In this document: one piece after another, positions 1-13,848 of the stretch
How the letters are laid out: every line of letters begins with the position of its first letter
Numbering within the stretch: position 1 is the stretch's first letter
Origin: Octopus sinensis
Taxonomy: Eukaryota
Assembly (NCBI RefSeq): GCF_006345805.1
Contig: NC_043006.1
Coordinates: forward strand, 80,104,001 to 80,168,000
Reading direction: 5' to 3'
DNA length: 64,000 bases
The notes under the pieces: model-generated
Seen by the model: the letters and a program-made list of their open reading frames with translations, nothing else
What the model was told of the DNA's origin: nothing
Databases searched by the model: none
Program-made: the position numbers and the translations under genes

Positions 1-563
1 ACGTTATCAGTAGATTTTAAGTAACGTTACTGCGGGTTTGGGTTTCTGTGTAAACGTGAACTGATATTGCTAATGTTGTTGAGAAAACATAACATTTCAT
101 GCTGTACCCTTCTCAGAATTGAGCTCACTCAAAAGCAAATCAATATTAATACTGATGTCTCGGCTCGTGTTGTATATGTCCAGATAGCGTTGCTGTTCTA
201 ATCTTCATTTGAAGCCATATGTATTCCAGTTATGTAACTAATATATATAAACTGGTATGAAGAATAAAATGTCCCTTTTTTCATCACTATCTAAACTACA
301 AAACCTTTATTATGAAACCAAAGCTATTAATCAATACCATTTCAGTTACAACTCTGAATTATAATAGATTTTGGTAAATTATGTGAAATTTTAACGTAAG
401 TCTAATCAATGTATGTTGTGTGAAGTAAATATACATTCTAACCATATTTTGCATTATTTCCTCCCTACCAAAAATATATAATAGTTAGGATTAATGCAGA
501 TTTGTTAAAACGTAAGTAAATTTGCGACAGAAGTTAACTAGATAAACTTATGTATCCTTTCAT

Positions 564-930
564 CTACGTGATTTCCAAATAAGATTCCTTATTTGGAAAA
601 TACTGAAATACTTTTCTAAATAAATGTGCGCATTTTGCTGCTAATTTGTTTCTGGGATTAAATAATCTGAAATTACAGGTAAGGATATAGAATGATTCTT
701 CTAAGCAGAGATCACATTTCGAATATCCAACGGTATATGGTGAATCATTACTAATAATTGACCATTTAATGTCATATTTAGTGTCCACATGCTTTATAGT
801 CCAGATGTGTTCACTCAAACCCGTATAATTCATTTTCCCATAATCGGCAGAATATTAGTTCTGCCCAAATTATTGCAGCAAACATTTTTTAGAGAATTAG
901 AGAAGTCATTAGTTGGAGCCTAAATACAAA
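564..930 (-). mobile_element. Penelope-like element remnant, C-terminal GIY-YIG endonuclease portion
   Basis: ORF 564-833 reads T-GLSEHIWTIK...YDIKWSII...PY...KCDLCLEESFYI...LFNPRNKLAAKCAH, the L-S-H-W / CxLC-E / LN-R-CxH tail typical of PLE endonucleases. The same pattern recurs at 40470-40660. Confidence 0.7.
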
Positions 931-954
931 TAATAGAACTAATATAAATATAAG

Positions 955-1218
955 TTACGGAGATGTACTTGCATAGCAAGTGATTTGATCTGAGATCGTG
1001 TGCTGAAACGAAAACAATTGCAGCGTGGAAGGTGTTTGTAAGCCATTTAAGAAACACACAAAAGCCGTTCGATTCACTTCAACATTTAAGTTTAATTTGT
1101 CAAAATATTTTCGTCGCTTTAAGACCGCGACGAAAATATTTTGACAAATCAAATTTATATGTTGAAGTGAATCTAACGGTTTTTGTGTGTTTCTTAAAAG
1201 GCTTACAAACACCTTCCA
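955..1218. repeat. Fold-back (palindromic) non-autonomous repeat with ~92-bp arms
   Basis: 1026-1117 is an imperfect reverse complement of 1127-1218 with a 9-nt loop. Same family as 19121-19830. Confidence 0.85.
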
Positions 1219-1639
1219 TAAATATAAGTGTTCCTGACAAAAGGAGACATAAAAATGGCGAAGCTTAGTTCGAACAACCTGTACGTGTTGTGTGTACCTG
1301 TGTGTATCTATGAATTTGTTACTTTTTGCATGAATTTTATATGATTTATTTTCAAAACTACTTTGTTTAACGAACAGTTTATTAGAAAATTGACTGCTTT
1401 CACGTAACCTACCAATATTAGGCTTCATGAATTATATACTTTTTATCTAATGAATCCTCTGATTTGAAGTCAGTGTGTTATGTGCCACCTACGAATCTCT
1501 CGGTCCTCGAGTAACTTTTGTAACATTCTCACGATTAAAAATAAAAAGATGACATATCCATGTACTGAGTTACGTTTCTCTTGCTTGTTCTATCAAACTT
1601 TTATTGATTTAATTAATTAATTATTTATTTATGGATGGA

Positions 1640-1985
1640 CAGGGTGACCGTAAAGTCTACATATATTAACAAAAATGCATATTTTTCAATAATTCTATCC
1701 AACTACAATAATCAATAACATTTTCAACATGGTTTCCATAATTAGAGTTCGATGCGCTTTGTGAGATTGACATAAAGCTAATGGAGTAATTCCACACTTC
1801 CGTCAATTTGAACACATTCATTCATGATGCGTTCACATCTGTGATTTTCACTGAGTACACATTCTCCTTCAACAGAAAATGACGTGAGGGCGACTAATAT
1901 CTGATGAGCGTGGCAACAAATCTACACAGCAATTATTAGCGACATTATTGAATACACGTGTTATTTCCCATGTAGTCAAACTTTA
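1640..1985 (-). mobile_element. Tc1/mariner-superfamily 3' fragment
   Basis: CAGGGTG-type terminus at 1640; the minus strand gives a degenerate LPRSSD...LKENVYS (WPPRSPD...LK..VY-like) transposase tail. Confidence 0.5.
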
Positions 1986-1995
1986 TGCTTAGCAT

Positions 1996-2081
1996 GTACG
2001 TACGTACGTACGTACGTATGTATGTATGTATGTATGTATGTATGTATGTATGTATGTATGTATGTATGTATGTATGTATGT
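1996..2081. repeat. (TACG)n(TATG)n microsatellite
   Basis: Direct reading. Confidence 0.95.
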
Positions 2082-2084
2082 ACG

Positions 2085-2608
2085 AGTGCTACTGGTAACA
2101 TGTAACCCAGTACAACCTGTTGCATGGTCGTGTCGTCGGCGACTAAACCGGCAACCCCACCAAGCTTGCTTGGTGAGGAGGGTGTTTATTGGACACCCTG
2201 CGTGGTGAAAAACAAAACCCGTCAAAGGGCGGAGGAACTCTTGAGAGTCAACAGCCATCCAATAAATGTCTTAAGGCTGTATCATGTGCGGGGACATAGA
2301 AATAATCGGACTGAATACCCGATCGCGCGGTTAAACCATTGGGAGTGAAGGACTCCTAGCTTTTGTTAGGGCATCCTTCTAGGAGACGGTAACTCAGGTA
2401 ACTGGGATAACTGCGTCTCAGTGGTTACCGATGATGTTGACTTGTTCTTCTTTTCGGATTATGGCTGCTGTTGCTTAGTGAGTGGGATTGACTCAGTGCA
2501 CAGCCTTTCCTCACTTAAAAAAAAATCTTCTTGCACAGGCATTGCACAATAACAACATTGATTAAGCTTCGTGCAATGGCCATACTCAATAACGAGGGGG
2601 CAGCCAAC
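2085..2608. mobile_element. Probable RTE-type LINE 5'-UTR fragment
   Basis: GC-richer island containing GGGCATCCTTCTAGGAGACGGTAACTC, which resembles a motif I recall from RTE 5' UTRs; no ORF. Confidence 0.35.
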
Positions 2609-3251
2609 ATGTATGTATGTATGTATGTATGTATGTATGTATGTATGTATGTATGTATGTATGTATGTATGTATGTATGTATGTATGTATGCATGTATGT
2701 ATGCATGTATGTATGTATGTATGTATGTATGTATGTATGTATGTATGTGTGTATGTATGTATGTATGTATGTATGTATGTATGTATGTATGTGTGTATGT
2801 ATGTATGTATGTATGTATGTATGTATGTATGTGTGTATGTGTGTATGTATGTATGTATGTATGTATGTATGTATGTGTGTGTATGTATGTATGTATGTAT
2901 GTATGTATGTATGTATGTATGTATGTATGTGTGTATGTATGTATGTATGTATGTATGTATGTATGTATGTATGTATGTATGTGTGTGTGTATGTATGTAT
3001 GTATGTATGTATGTATGTATGTATGTATGTGTGTGTGTATGTATGTATGTATGTATGTATGTATGTATGTATGTATGTATGTATGTGTGTGTGTATGTAT
3101 GTATGTATGTATGTATGTATGTATGTATGTGTGTGTGTATGTATGTATGTATGTATGTATGTATGTATGTATGTATGTATGTATGTATGTATGTGTGTGT
3201 ATGTATGTATGTATGTATGTATGTATGTATGTATGTATGTATGTGTGTGTG

Positions 3252-3285
<34 letters not shown>

Positions 3286-3453
3286 TGTGTGTGTGTGTAT
3301 GTATGTATGTATGTATGTATGTATGTATGTATGTATGTATGTATGTATGTATGTATGTATGTATGTGTGTGTGTATGTATGTATGTATGTATGTATGTAT
3401 GTATGTATGTATGTATGTATGTATGTGTGTGTATGTATGTATGTATGTATGTA

Positions 3454-3484
<31 letters not shown>

Positions 3485-4055
3485 ATGTATGTATGTACGT
3501 ATGTATGTGTGTATGTGTGTATGTATGTATGTATGTATGTATGTATGTATGTGTGTATGTATGTATGTATGTATGTATGTATGTATGTATGTATGTGTGT
3601 GTGTATGTATGTATGTATGTATGTATGTATGTATGTATGTACGTATGCATGTATGTATGTATGTATGTATGTATGTATGTATGCATGTATGTATGTATGT
3701 ATGTATGTATGTATGTATGTATGTATGTATGTATGTATGTATGTATGTATGTATGTATGTATGTGTGTGTGTATGTATGTATGTATGTGTGTGTGTGTAT
3801 GTATGTATGTATGTATGTATGTATGTATGTATGTATGTATGTGTGTGTGTATGTATGTATGTATGTATGTATGTATGTATGCATGTATGTATGTGTGTAT
3901 GTATGTATGTATGTATGTATGTGTGTGTGTATGTATGTATGTATGTATGTATGTATGTATGTGTGTGTGTATGTATGTATGTATGTATGTATGTATGTAT
4001 GTATGTATGTGTGTGTGTATGTATGTATGTATGTATGTATGTATGTATGTATGTA

Positions 4056-4086
<31 letters not shown>

Positions 4087-4589
4087 ATGTATGTATGTAT
4101 GTATGTATGCATGTATGTATGTGTGTATGTATGTATGTATGTGTGTATGTATGTATGTATGTATGTATGTATGTATGTATGTATGTATGTATGTATGTAT
4201 GTATGTATGTATGAATGTATGTATGTATGTATGTGTGTGTGTATGTATGTATGTATGTATGTATGAATGTATGTATGTATGTATGTGTGTGTGTATGTAT
4301 GTATGTATGTATGTATGTATGTATGTATGTATGTATGTATGTGTGTGTGTATGTATGTATGTATGTATGTATGTATGAATGTATGTATGTATGTATGTAT
4401 GTATGTATGTATGTATGTATGTATGTATGTATGTATGAATGAATGTATGAATGAATGTATGTATGTATGTATGTATGTATGTATGTATGTATGTATGTAT
4501 GTATGAATGAATGTATGTATGTATGTATGTATGTATGTATGTATGTATGGATGAATGAATGTATGTATGTATGTATGTATGTATGTATG

Positions 4590-4620
<31 letters not shown>

Positions 4621-5678
4621 TGAATGTATGTATGTATGTATGTATGTATGTATGTATGTATGTATGTATGTATGTATGAATGAATGAATGTATGTATGTA
4701 TGTATGTATGTATGTATGTATGTATGTATGTATGTATGTATGTATGTATGTATGTATGTATGTATGTATGTATGTATGTATGTATGTATGAATGAATGTA
4801 TGTATGTATGTATGTATGTATGTATGTATGTATGTATGTATGTATGTATGAATGTATGTATGTATGTATGTATGTATGTATGTATGTATGTATGTATGTA
4901 TGTATGTATGAATGTATGTATGTATGTATGTATGTATGAATGTATGTATGCATGTATGTATGTATGTATGTATGTATGTATGTATGTATGTATGTATGTA
5001 TGTATGCATGTATGTATGTATGCATGCATGTATGTATGTATGTATGTATGCATGCATGCATGTATGTATGCATGTATGTATGTATGCATGCATGTATGTA
5101 TGTATGTATGTATGTATGTATGTATGCATGCATGCATGTATGTATGTATGTATGAATGTATGTATGTATGTATGTATGTATGTATGTATGTATGAATGTA
5201 TGTATGCATGTATGTATGTATGTATGTATGTATGTATGTATGTATGCATGTATGTATGTATGCATGCATGTATGTATGTATGTATGTATGCATGCATGCA
5301 TGTATGTATGCATGTATGTATGTATGTATGTATGAATGTATGTATGTATGTATGTATGTATGTATGTATGTATGTATGAATGAATGTATGTATGTATGTA
5401 TGTATGTATGTATGTATGTATGTATGTATGTATGTATGAATGAATGTATGTATGTATGTATGTATGTATGTATGTATGCATGTATGTATGTATGTATGTA
5501 TGTATGTATGCATGCATGCATGCATGTATGTATGCATGTATGTATGTATGCATGCATGTATGTATGCATGTATGTATGTATGCATGCATGTATGTATGCA
5601 TGTATGTATGTATGTATGTATGTATGTATGTATGTATGTATGCATGCATGTATGTATGCATGTATGTATGTATGTATG

Positions 5679-5707
<29 letters not shown>
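2609..5707. repeat. ~3.1-kb (TATG)n satellite with TGTG, GAAT and GCAT variant zones
   Basis: Direct reading; it accounts for all of the HTYI/MYVC ORFs. Confidence 0.99.
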
Positions 5708-5711
<4 letters not shown>

Positions 5712-6203
5712 CGTTATTCAGTTTTATTTGAAGATTTCTTGCTAACAGGGAAAGACCCGGTTTCTAACCTATGCCCAGGTTTCTTCATTGGAATTTCAAC
5801 AGCATCAAGGTATTTTTGCTTATATTTGTGTTCATGTGCAGTTTTTGGAGTCAGTGCATGTACAGATTTGTGTTCTGCTTTATGGATGCATTCTCATATA
5901 TATATTTGCATTTCTAGACATGCGTATATATACTTAAATGATGAACTTTTGGAAATTTTACAAATCTTTACTGTTCAAGTGAGGGTTTCGAATCAGCTTT
6001 CTCTTTTCTGGTTTTGAGAAGCCTAATTTCTCAAGATTGGTACTTAGGCAGTATGTTACATGTCACAGTTCCGCAATAATTACAGGTATAAACATGAGCC
6101 TGAAATCTGGGTAGAGGAAGTGTAGATTTCTCAAGAGTTCAGTGTATGTATTTCCCGTTTCTCTTTATATATTTATTTCCTATTTTAATTTTTTATTTGT
6201 ATA

Positions 6204-6601
6204 AGCACAGGAGTGACAGTGTGGTAAGTAGCTTGCTTACCAACCACATAGTTCCTGGTTCAGTCCCACTGCGTGGTACCTTGGACAAGTATCTTCTGCT
6301 ATAACCTCGGGCCCACCACAGCCTTGTGAGTGGATTTGGTAGACGGAAACTGAAAAGAAACCCGTCGCATATATGTATGTGTGTGTATATGCTTGTGTGT
6401 CTGTGTTTGTCCCCCCAACATCGCTTGACAACCGATGCTGGTGTGTTTACGTCCCCGTGACTTAGCAGTTCGGCAAAAGAGACGATAGAATAAGTATTAG
6501 GCTTACAAAGAATAAGTCCTGGGGTCGATTTGCTCGGACTAAAGGTGGTGGTCCAGCATGGCCGCAGTCAAATGGCTGACACAAGTAGAAGAGTAAAGAG
6601 T
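6204..6601 (+). mobile_element. tRNA-derived SINE, family A (octopus-type)
   Basis: A-box/B-box head (GTGTGGTAAG...GGTTCAGTCCC), conserved body and AAAGAGTA-type tail. Near-identical copies at 8238-8664, 44151-44551 and 59761-60161. Confidence 0.9.
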
Positions 6602-6609
6602 ATCTGCTA

Positions 6610-7810
6610 GGCAGAAAATGAAACTACACAGTTTCTCTTCTCGGTCTCAAATTACTATGTCAGGGCTATTATGTCTACATTTTACTAAGGTTTTCACTGG
6701 CCTCTGTCATGCTGTGGGTTCTTATTTCTTTGGCCTCAGGGTTATCCTTCCGACGAATATCATTACAACATCATGTCTCATCGGTAGATAATATTGCGAT
6801 GACATTTTTGTACAACTGGGTGATGTTTTCAGTGTTAACAAAGTTTGCATAGCTTATCCCATTTTGGTGTTTTCCCTGCGTCTCTGTCCATTCTGTGCAC
6901 CAGGTATTTGATTGATATTTCCTGTTCCTGGATTGCAAACGCATACTATCCGGTTGTTGGTCAATAATAGACTGCTTTGATTATCAGTGTTACTATCATC
7001 CCTGAAGCTTTCTGCTAACGTAATTATGCATGGTCTTCTGCTGATGTATGCTCATCTTTTCATTCGATGATACCTTGCGGTAGAGTTGTGCGACTTCTTT
7101 GTATTCAAGTTTATCACGCAAGGAATGTTGCTGAAGGAGCTGCTTTCCAAGCCTCATGATGTTATCCGTCTCGTGTATGCAAACTTGGTCAAGAGATGTA
7201 CTTTCATAGTTAAAAGATGTTGCCGAAGGGATATGATATGACATTGAAAGGCAGTCTGGATCGATGTTAAGCCTCTGTCTCTAGTTTTCATTTTAAGTAG
7301 AGATGGTCTACGTCGCTTTTGATGTGGGAATCATGTATACTGGTCCATAACTTCCAGGTTTTTACATCAACAGCTCGGACTTCATTAAACGTTCAATCAA
7401 GTAGCCCAATTATCGGTATGAGTACTGGTACCGCAAACACATTGTGGATCACTGATTCATTGAATGCAGAAAGTTCCGAAATCCATGTTTTCTTTAGTGA
7501 CACGTGTCTTGTTAAGGTACCATTGTAAGATGGTAAGATGCTTTCGTTTACCCCCGTGTACCTGTATCATTCCTCAGCAGATACAGGGGAAACAGTTATG
7601 TCACTGATAGAGATACTGCTAGTCTCTTTTCACGACCACATAGCAAGATTTTTCCTGACCAAACTCCAATCCTATATCCTTTGAGAATGTTGTAATCAGA
7701 TCAAGGTTCTTTTTTATGTCATGTATATTCTTGGCATACAGTTTCAAGTCATCTACAGAGAAACATTGTGTGGTTTGGGATTTCTGTTTCCTTTTGAAGC
7801 AGCGAGATAT
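6610..7810 (-). mobile_element. Degenerate R4/Dong-like (RLE) non-LTR retrotransposon, post-RT region
   Basis: Frameshifted minus-strand motifs: F-AVPVLIPIIG, KSDVDHLYLK..RGL and YAFAIQEQEISIKYL, followed by a decayed Zn-finger region. Confidence 0.65.
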
Positions 7811-7849
7811 CCTTCAGACTTCCTTAACATGAATGACATGTATGTGTAT

Positions 7850-7910
<61 letters not shown>

Positions 7911-8019
7911 GAGTGGGTGGAGTTTGTACGTGTATAAGTGTTTAGGCGAAATAATTGCGAATTTTTGCGAATATACATACATACACACACATTCGCCACA
8001 CACACTCACACACCTATAC

Positions 8020-8050
<31 letters not shown>

Positions 8051-8237
8051 TGTATGTATGTATGTACTCACATACGTACACTTATATAGAGATGAGGAGA
8101 GTAAAACACAAAAGCAAAATAATCGATATTGGGAGTAATCGATTGCTAACAAAATGAATATGTGAAAAAGTCAATAGATAGATTAATATTGATTTCAAAT
8201 TTTGGCACAAGGCCTGCAATTTCGGGGTAGCGTTAAG

Positions 8238-8454
8238 TCTTTTTACTCTTTTACTCTTTTACTTGTTTCAGTCATTTGACTGTGGCCATGCTGGAGCACC
8301 GCCTTTAGTCGAGCAAAATGACCCCAGGACATATTCTTTGTAAGCCTAGTATCTATTCTATCGGTCTCTTTTACCGAACCGTTAAGTCACGGAGACATAA
8401 ACACACCAGCATCGGTTGTCAAGCGATGTTGGGGGGACAAACACAGACACTCAA

Positions 8455-8485
<31 letters not shown>

Positions 8486-8664
8486 CATACACACGTATAT
8501 ACGACGGACTTCTTTCAGTTTCAGTCTACCAAATCCACTCACAAGGCTTTGGTCGGCCCGAGGCTATAGTAGAAGACAATTACCCAAGGTGCCACTCAGT
8601 GGGACTGAACCCGGAACCATGTGGTTCGTAAGCAAACTACTTACCACACAGCCACTTCTACGCC
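8238..8664 (-). mobile_element. tRNA-derived SINE, family A
   Basis: Reverse complement of the 6204/59761 copies, with a (TACTCTTT)n tail. Confidence 0.9.
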
Positions 8665-8669
8665 ACAAC

Positions 8670-9260
8670 ATTACATCGGCCCTAGTGTTCAATTAGTTCT
8701 TGCTTATCGATCCCAAAAGGATGAACTTCAAAGTCGACCTCGGCAGAATCTAATCTTAGTACTTAAAGACAGAGGAAATGCCCCGAAACATTTTGGCCGG
8801 CGTGCTAACGATTCTGCCAGCTCGCTGCCTTGTCTGTATGGAGCTATATTGATTCAAAATTTGGCTTAAGACAAGAAGTTTAGGAGAAAGGAACTAGTCG
8901 ATTACAGCGACCCCAATGTTCAACTCGTACTTATTTTATCGTCCCTGAAAGTGATGAACGGCAAATTCGACCTCAGCAGAATTTGAATCCTTTCAACTGC
9001 AGGCACAAGGCCTGAAATTTGGGGTAGGGAGATAGTCAATTACTGGTACTTAATTTATCGACCTCGAAAAGATGAAAGGCAAAGTCGACCTCGGCGGAAT
9101 TTGAACTCAGAGCAGCGACGAGCGAAATACCGAGAAGCATTTCATCTAGCGCGCTAACAATTCTGCCAGCTCGCCGCCTTCTGAACTCAACGTAATGACG
9201 AACAAGATGCTGCCTAGCATTTTGTTTTGCGTGCAAACGATTTTGCCACTCCGTTGCGTT
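8670..9260 (-). mobile_element. Cluster of nested family-B SINE fragments
   Basis: Repeated GAAAGGCAAAGTCGACCTCGGCGGAATTTGAACTC and GATTCTGCCAGCTCGCCGCC motifs, the reverse complement of 19268-19420. Confidence 0.8.
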
Positions 9261-10208
9261 GTATAGAGTAATATTAATATTTAATAGGGTTTACAAAGTT
9301 ATTAATGCTGAAAACTTCTATTACTGTAATTAGTCGTATGCATGTTTTCATCGTATTATTTTAATAATTACTTGATTGTCGCACAAATAACCTTATTGCT
9401 CTTTACGTTTTAAGTTCAAACTCTATCCTTCTGGCATTTATATCGTATCACTCAAATACTGAATATTGGCAGAAAGCCACAAGTTTATATCTTTGTGGTT
9501 TGGTTACAATTATTAGAATTGATAATTTTACATAAAGATATTAATTGTGGCTTTCTGCCAGATATTTTTTTATAACAGAAGTATGCCATATTAATTAACT
9601 ATCCATATATATATTCCTTAATGCAGCAGCTTTATCATTTCATAGTATTAGACGACGAAGAAATTTCGGGTTTTATATTTTCCATTGTTGCAGGTAGGTC
9701 TCATTTTTATATTTTAAATTTCTGTATTTTATTTAGTAATTTCTGGACAGAAATTATCGCGATCTTCGGAAGCTGAGCCTAGATTTATTCCCCTGTTGCA
9801 AGTTACCCTGATAAAATTATCTATTTGATCAATAGACTCACATTATTTTACAAAACGTACTCTAATAATGTTGATTTTATTTTATTATCGCATTTTTCTT
9901 TCCATATATACTGTATCTGATAACACGTCAATTTCAAACACAATTCTCGCATTGCATGTAGTGGTACACAGTGCTTTCATAGGGTCTTATAGGTAGTTAA
10001 GCTAACACTGGGATATTAAACGGTGAGTGGATCAAAGCATAATGTTAGAAGGAAGTTATAAATCAGATATCTTCCGAGAGTAGTTCAAAGTTTTATCAAG
10101 TAACCTACTTCATCTTTAAAATATATACTCACACATTTATTATCTTTTCTTCATTTCATTTATGTATTTTATTTATTAGAATTGCCGATTTAGTGACACT
10201 GTACAAGG

Positions 10209-10256
<48 letters not shown>

Positions 10257-10361
10257 ACACACACACACACATACACACACACACATATATAGTGCATGGT
10301 ATGTGAGAAGCTTATGTATTTGTACAAATGTCTCCTCTCAACAACAATGTTTGAATGGTAA

Positions 10362-10444
<83 letters not shown>

Positions 10445-10745
10445 CATATACGCACGAATAGTCACGTATGTATATATTCATATATATTTGATCGGCTATC
10501 TGCATGGTACCCAGGTTGTGAAGGAAGCATCTTGTTTTATTCATCATCTTTTAAAGCTTTAGGTCTGGAAGACTTTTATTGTCCCAGATATCGAGACCAT
10601 TTATACCATATGAAACAACGATTTGCATTTTCTTCCCAAGAACCAAAGCTCAGCGTTACTTTGCTTCAGGTGGGTTGCTACATATCCTATTTCTCTAATA
10701 ATAATTGACATGTACTGGATTTACAGATTCCTTATCTACAGAATA

Positions 10746-11020
10746 TACGAGGATGAGTCAATAAGTAATGCGATTTTGTTTAGGATAGGTATAATTACCA
10801 ACACAGGAACATGTATCATACATCAAAATGAAGATGTTCCTCTGTGGATCACATCCCTACTCCTCAACATAGCCACTGTTTCTCTCAATAGCAATGTTTC
10901 ACCTTCGAAAGATAGCATGTGTCCTTGCCCTATAAAATTCTACTGACTGTTCTTTGAGCCACTTCTTCATTACAGTTTTCACTTCCTTGTCACTGGAATA
11001 ATTTAGCACCTTCAGACTAT
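10746..11020 (-). mobile_element. mariner transposase 3' end and TIR
   Basis: TA-CGAGG terminus; the minus strand translates YSSDKEVKTVMKKWLKEQSVEFY...GYVEE. Confidence 0.75.
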
Positions 11021-11504
11021 CATCCCTTCGGCCCCATGAAAGTAAAATAGTTTTTAAAGCCTAGTACTTATCCTATCAGTTCTCTTTTGTCGAACCGCTA
11101 AGTTATGGGGATATGAGTAAACCGATTGTTATCTCGTATAAATCTCTTTATGTGCTTGAGAAATGGTTTTAATAGAATATCTAGAAAATTACTTAAGCGG
11201 TGTTAAATGTTAAATTTGTAAGGCGATCCATTTGTTTATCAGTTAAAGAATTTTGGTATGGGCGCAGTAAGACGTAACATAGTTTCATAATTTTCACAGG
11301 TTTGTAACTGTTTATTCTTTCATAGTAAATATTTTCTTGTAGCTATTCCAATAAAAAAAAATTTTTTTAATAATCTGTACTCATAATAACAGCTGAACCT
11401 CCTTTGTCAGCTTCCTTTATAATTATCTTTTTGTTTAATTGTAAATCTGTTATGTAGGTCCATTGTTGTCTACTGAACTTAAATTTTATTTGTTTTGTTT
11501 CCCG

Positions 11505-11547
<43 letters not shown>

Positions 11548-12564
11548 GTACAGTTTATGAAGAATTATATTTATGCCGTTATAAATTACATGTTTATAGG
11601 AAAAATTAAATGAAATAGAAGAGGAAACAAAACTAGACGTGTTGATGCAAAAATCAAAATGTTTTCTTCGAAGAATTAGTCTTTCACGTTTGTGATATTC
11701 GTTTTATTTAGAATAAAAACAACATCTTTTGCAAGTTAGATTCTTCCACCACATATCACGACCCAATTTCAGAATTAGAAATTTCATTTGAAACCTGAAA
11801 TTCGAAAATATGATTTTTACGGAATCAGTTGTTTCTGATATTTACAAAACTGTATCGGACCAAGACGAACAGTGGAAATAAGATAGGCTTAATATAAATA
11901 CAGTCAAATCTGCATGCAATATCACTGAAATAGGAAGGCTACAGGGGAGCAAAAATTACAAAAATGTTAAATCGTATTCTCTGGTGGAATGAAATTTTAA
12001 CACACACCACACACTCGCTGGAATATGTGTGTATATATATATATATATAGATTTTATCCTCAATTGTTAATTTATATTTTTCACCGGAATAGTTCAATAC
12101 TGAATTTTTATTCCGACTAGGCAATCTTTTACCGAAATGCATTGCGAATAAGCCCGACATTTTCATAGATATGTAAAGATAAACATTCGTACATGCTACG
12201 ACGAATTCTACGGTTGGCTATCGTGCTTGTAATGTTAAGTTTTTCCTTATATTTCTTGAATTTGTTGCACTGATGAACATGAAATGCATAATCTGCATTT
12301 AAATGCGAAATCACATGTGATATGTAACTGAATTCTTTTTTAAAATGTTGTGTTTTGAAGTTTTTGCATTCGGTAAAATTTTGTTTATTTTTAGTAGTTT
12401 TGACCGCATTGGTCCCTCTTAGCGTGTGGTATCTACGATTAGTAGTACCCTCAATATAATATCAATGAATATTTTCAAAGAGGAAGAAATTGCGGATTTT
12501 TTCTCTTATGAGGTTTTTCACGCTGACTACTGATAATTTCTTTTAAAGATTTTATCCTCAATTG

Positions 12565-12611
<47 letters not shown>

Positions 12612-12639
12612 TACATGCATATATAAGTGTGTATGTCTG

Positions 12640-12717
<78 letters not shown>

Positions 12718-13287
12718 CATATATATAAATTTATATTTATAAACAACTTATAAACAAGGGCAAAAGAAAATTATTTATATATATATGTGTGAGTGTATAT
12801 ATATATATATACTTGTGTGTGTGTGCGTGTGTGTGTGTGTGTTCATGTGTGTGTATGTATATAGAATTAAAACCAAATAATAAAGGTAGATATTAATATT
12901 AATTAACAATACCAATTTGAACCAGTGGTCAGCATCCGTGAAAAACGTCCGAGGACTGTGAATTATATTTAAATATAAAAAAGAGGAGAGACCACTCAGT
13001 GGATTTCTTGTATGCTAAAAATGGACGTCAAACTCTCCTACCACGAAAAATGTTTTCTCAAATTAGCAAGACGCTGGATGTTTACGAGCTGGACAAATGA
13101 AATGAAATAACAATAGCACCTAATTCCAAACCTTAAGGTCTCATTATAATCAATTTTATTATTGTCTGTGACTTCTCAGTGAAATCGGTGGCGACATAAA
13201 ACAATGGAACTAAACATCACCGTATGTGCGCGCGCGTGTTCGTGCGTGCATGTGTGTGTGTGCATGTGTGTGTGTGCGTGTGTGTAT

Positions 13288-13425
13288 GGCAGGCGTGGCT
13301 GTGCGGTAAGGAAATTGTTTCTCAACTTCATGGTTCTGGGTTCGGTCTCACTACGTGGCACATTGCGAGAGTGTTTTCTACTATAGCAGTGGATTTGAAA
13401 GACGGAAACCGAAAGAAGTCTGTGA
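13288..13425 (+). mobile_element. Family-A SINE, 5' part, diverged
   Basis: GTGGCTGTGCGGTAAG...GGTTCGGTCTCACTACGTGGCAC...GACGGAAACCGAAAGAAG. Confidence 0.7.
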
Positions 13426-13426
13426 T

Positions 13427-13560
<134 letters not shown>

Positions 13561-13848
13561 ATAATTTCATTTTGCACTTTTGTAATGCAAAATCTAAGTA
13601 AGAAATGGAAGAGCATAAACATCCATTTCATATACTATTTGAATGTAATATATTCCTATTTTTCATTATTATTCAGTTATCAATATTTATGCGACAACGA
13701 CTACCATCTAAGTGTATATTTGTTGACAGACGATAAGAAAGCTGTTGCCGTTCATCATATGTTTGTTGGTTTCTGTGCAAAAATTATGGGTACTGTAATT
13801 CTCGTAGTTTACAGTACTAGAGAATAAACCTTTAATATGAGAAACACT

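Noticed and set aside
1901-1907. CTGATGA as a hammerhead core
   Set aside because: Lies inside a Tc1-like coding remnant, with no GAAA or stems in register.
2459-6017. ORFs of 500-1048 aa (HTYI/MYVC repeats)
   Set aside because: Translations of a stop-free tetranucleotide satellite, open in nearly every frame.
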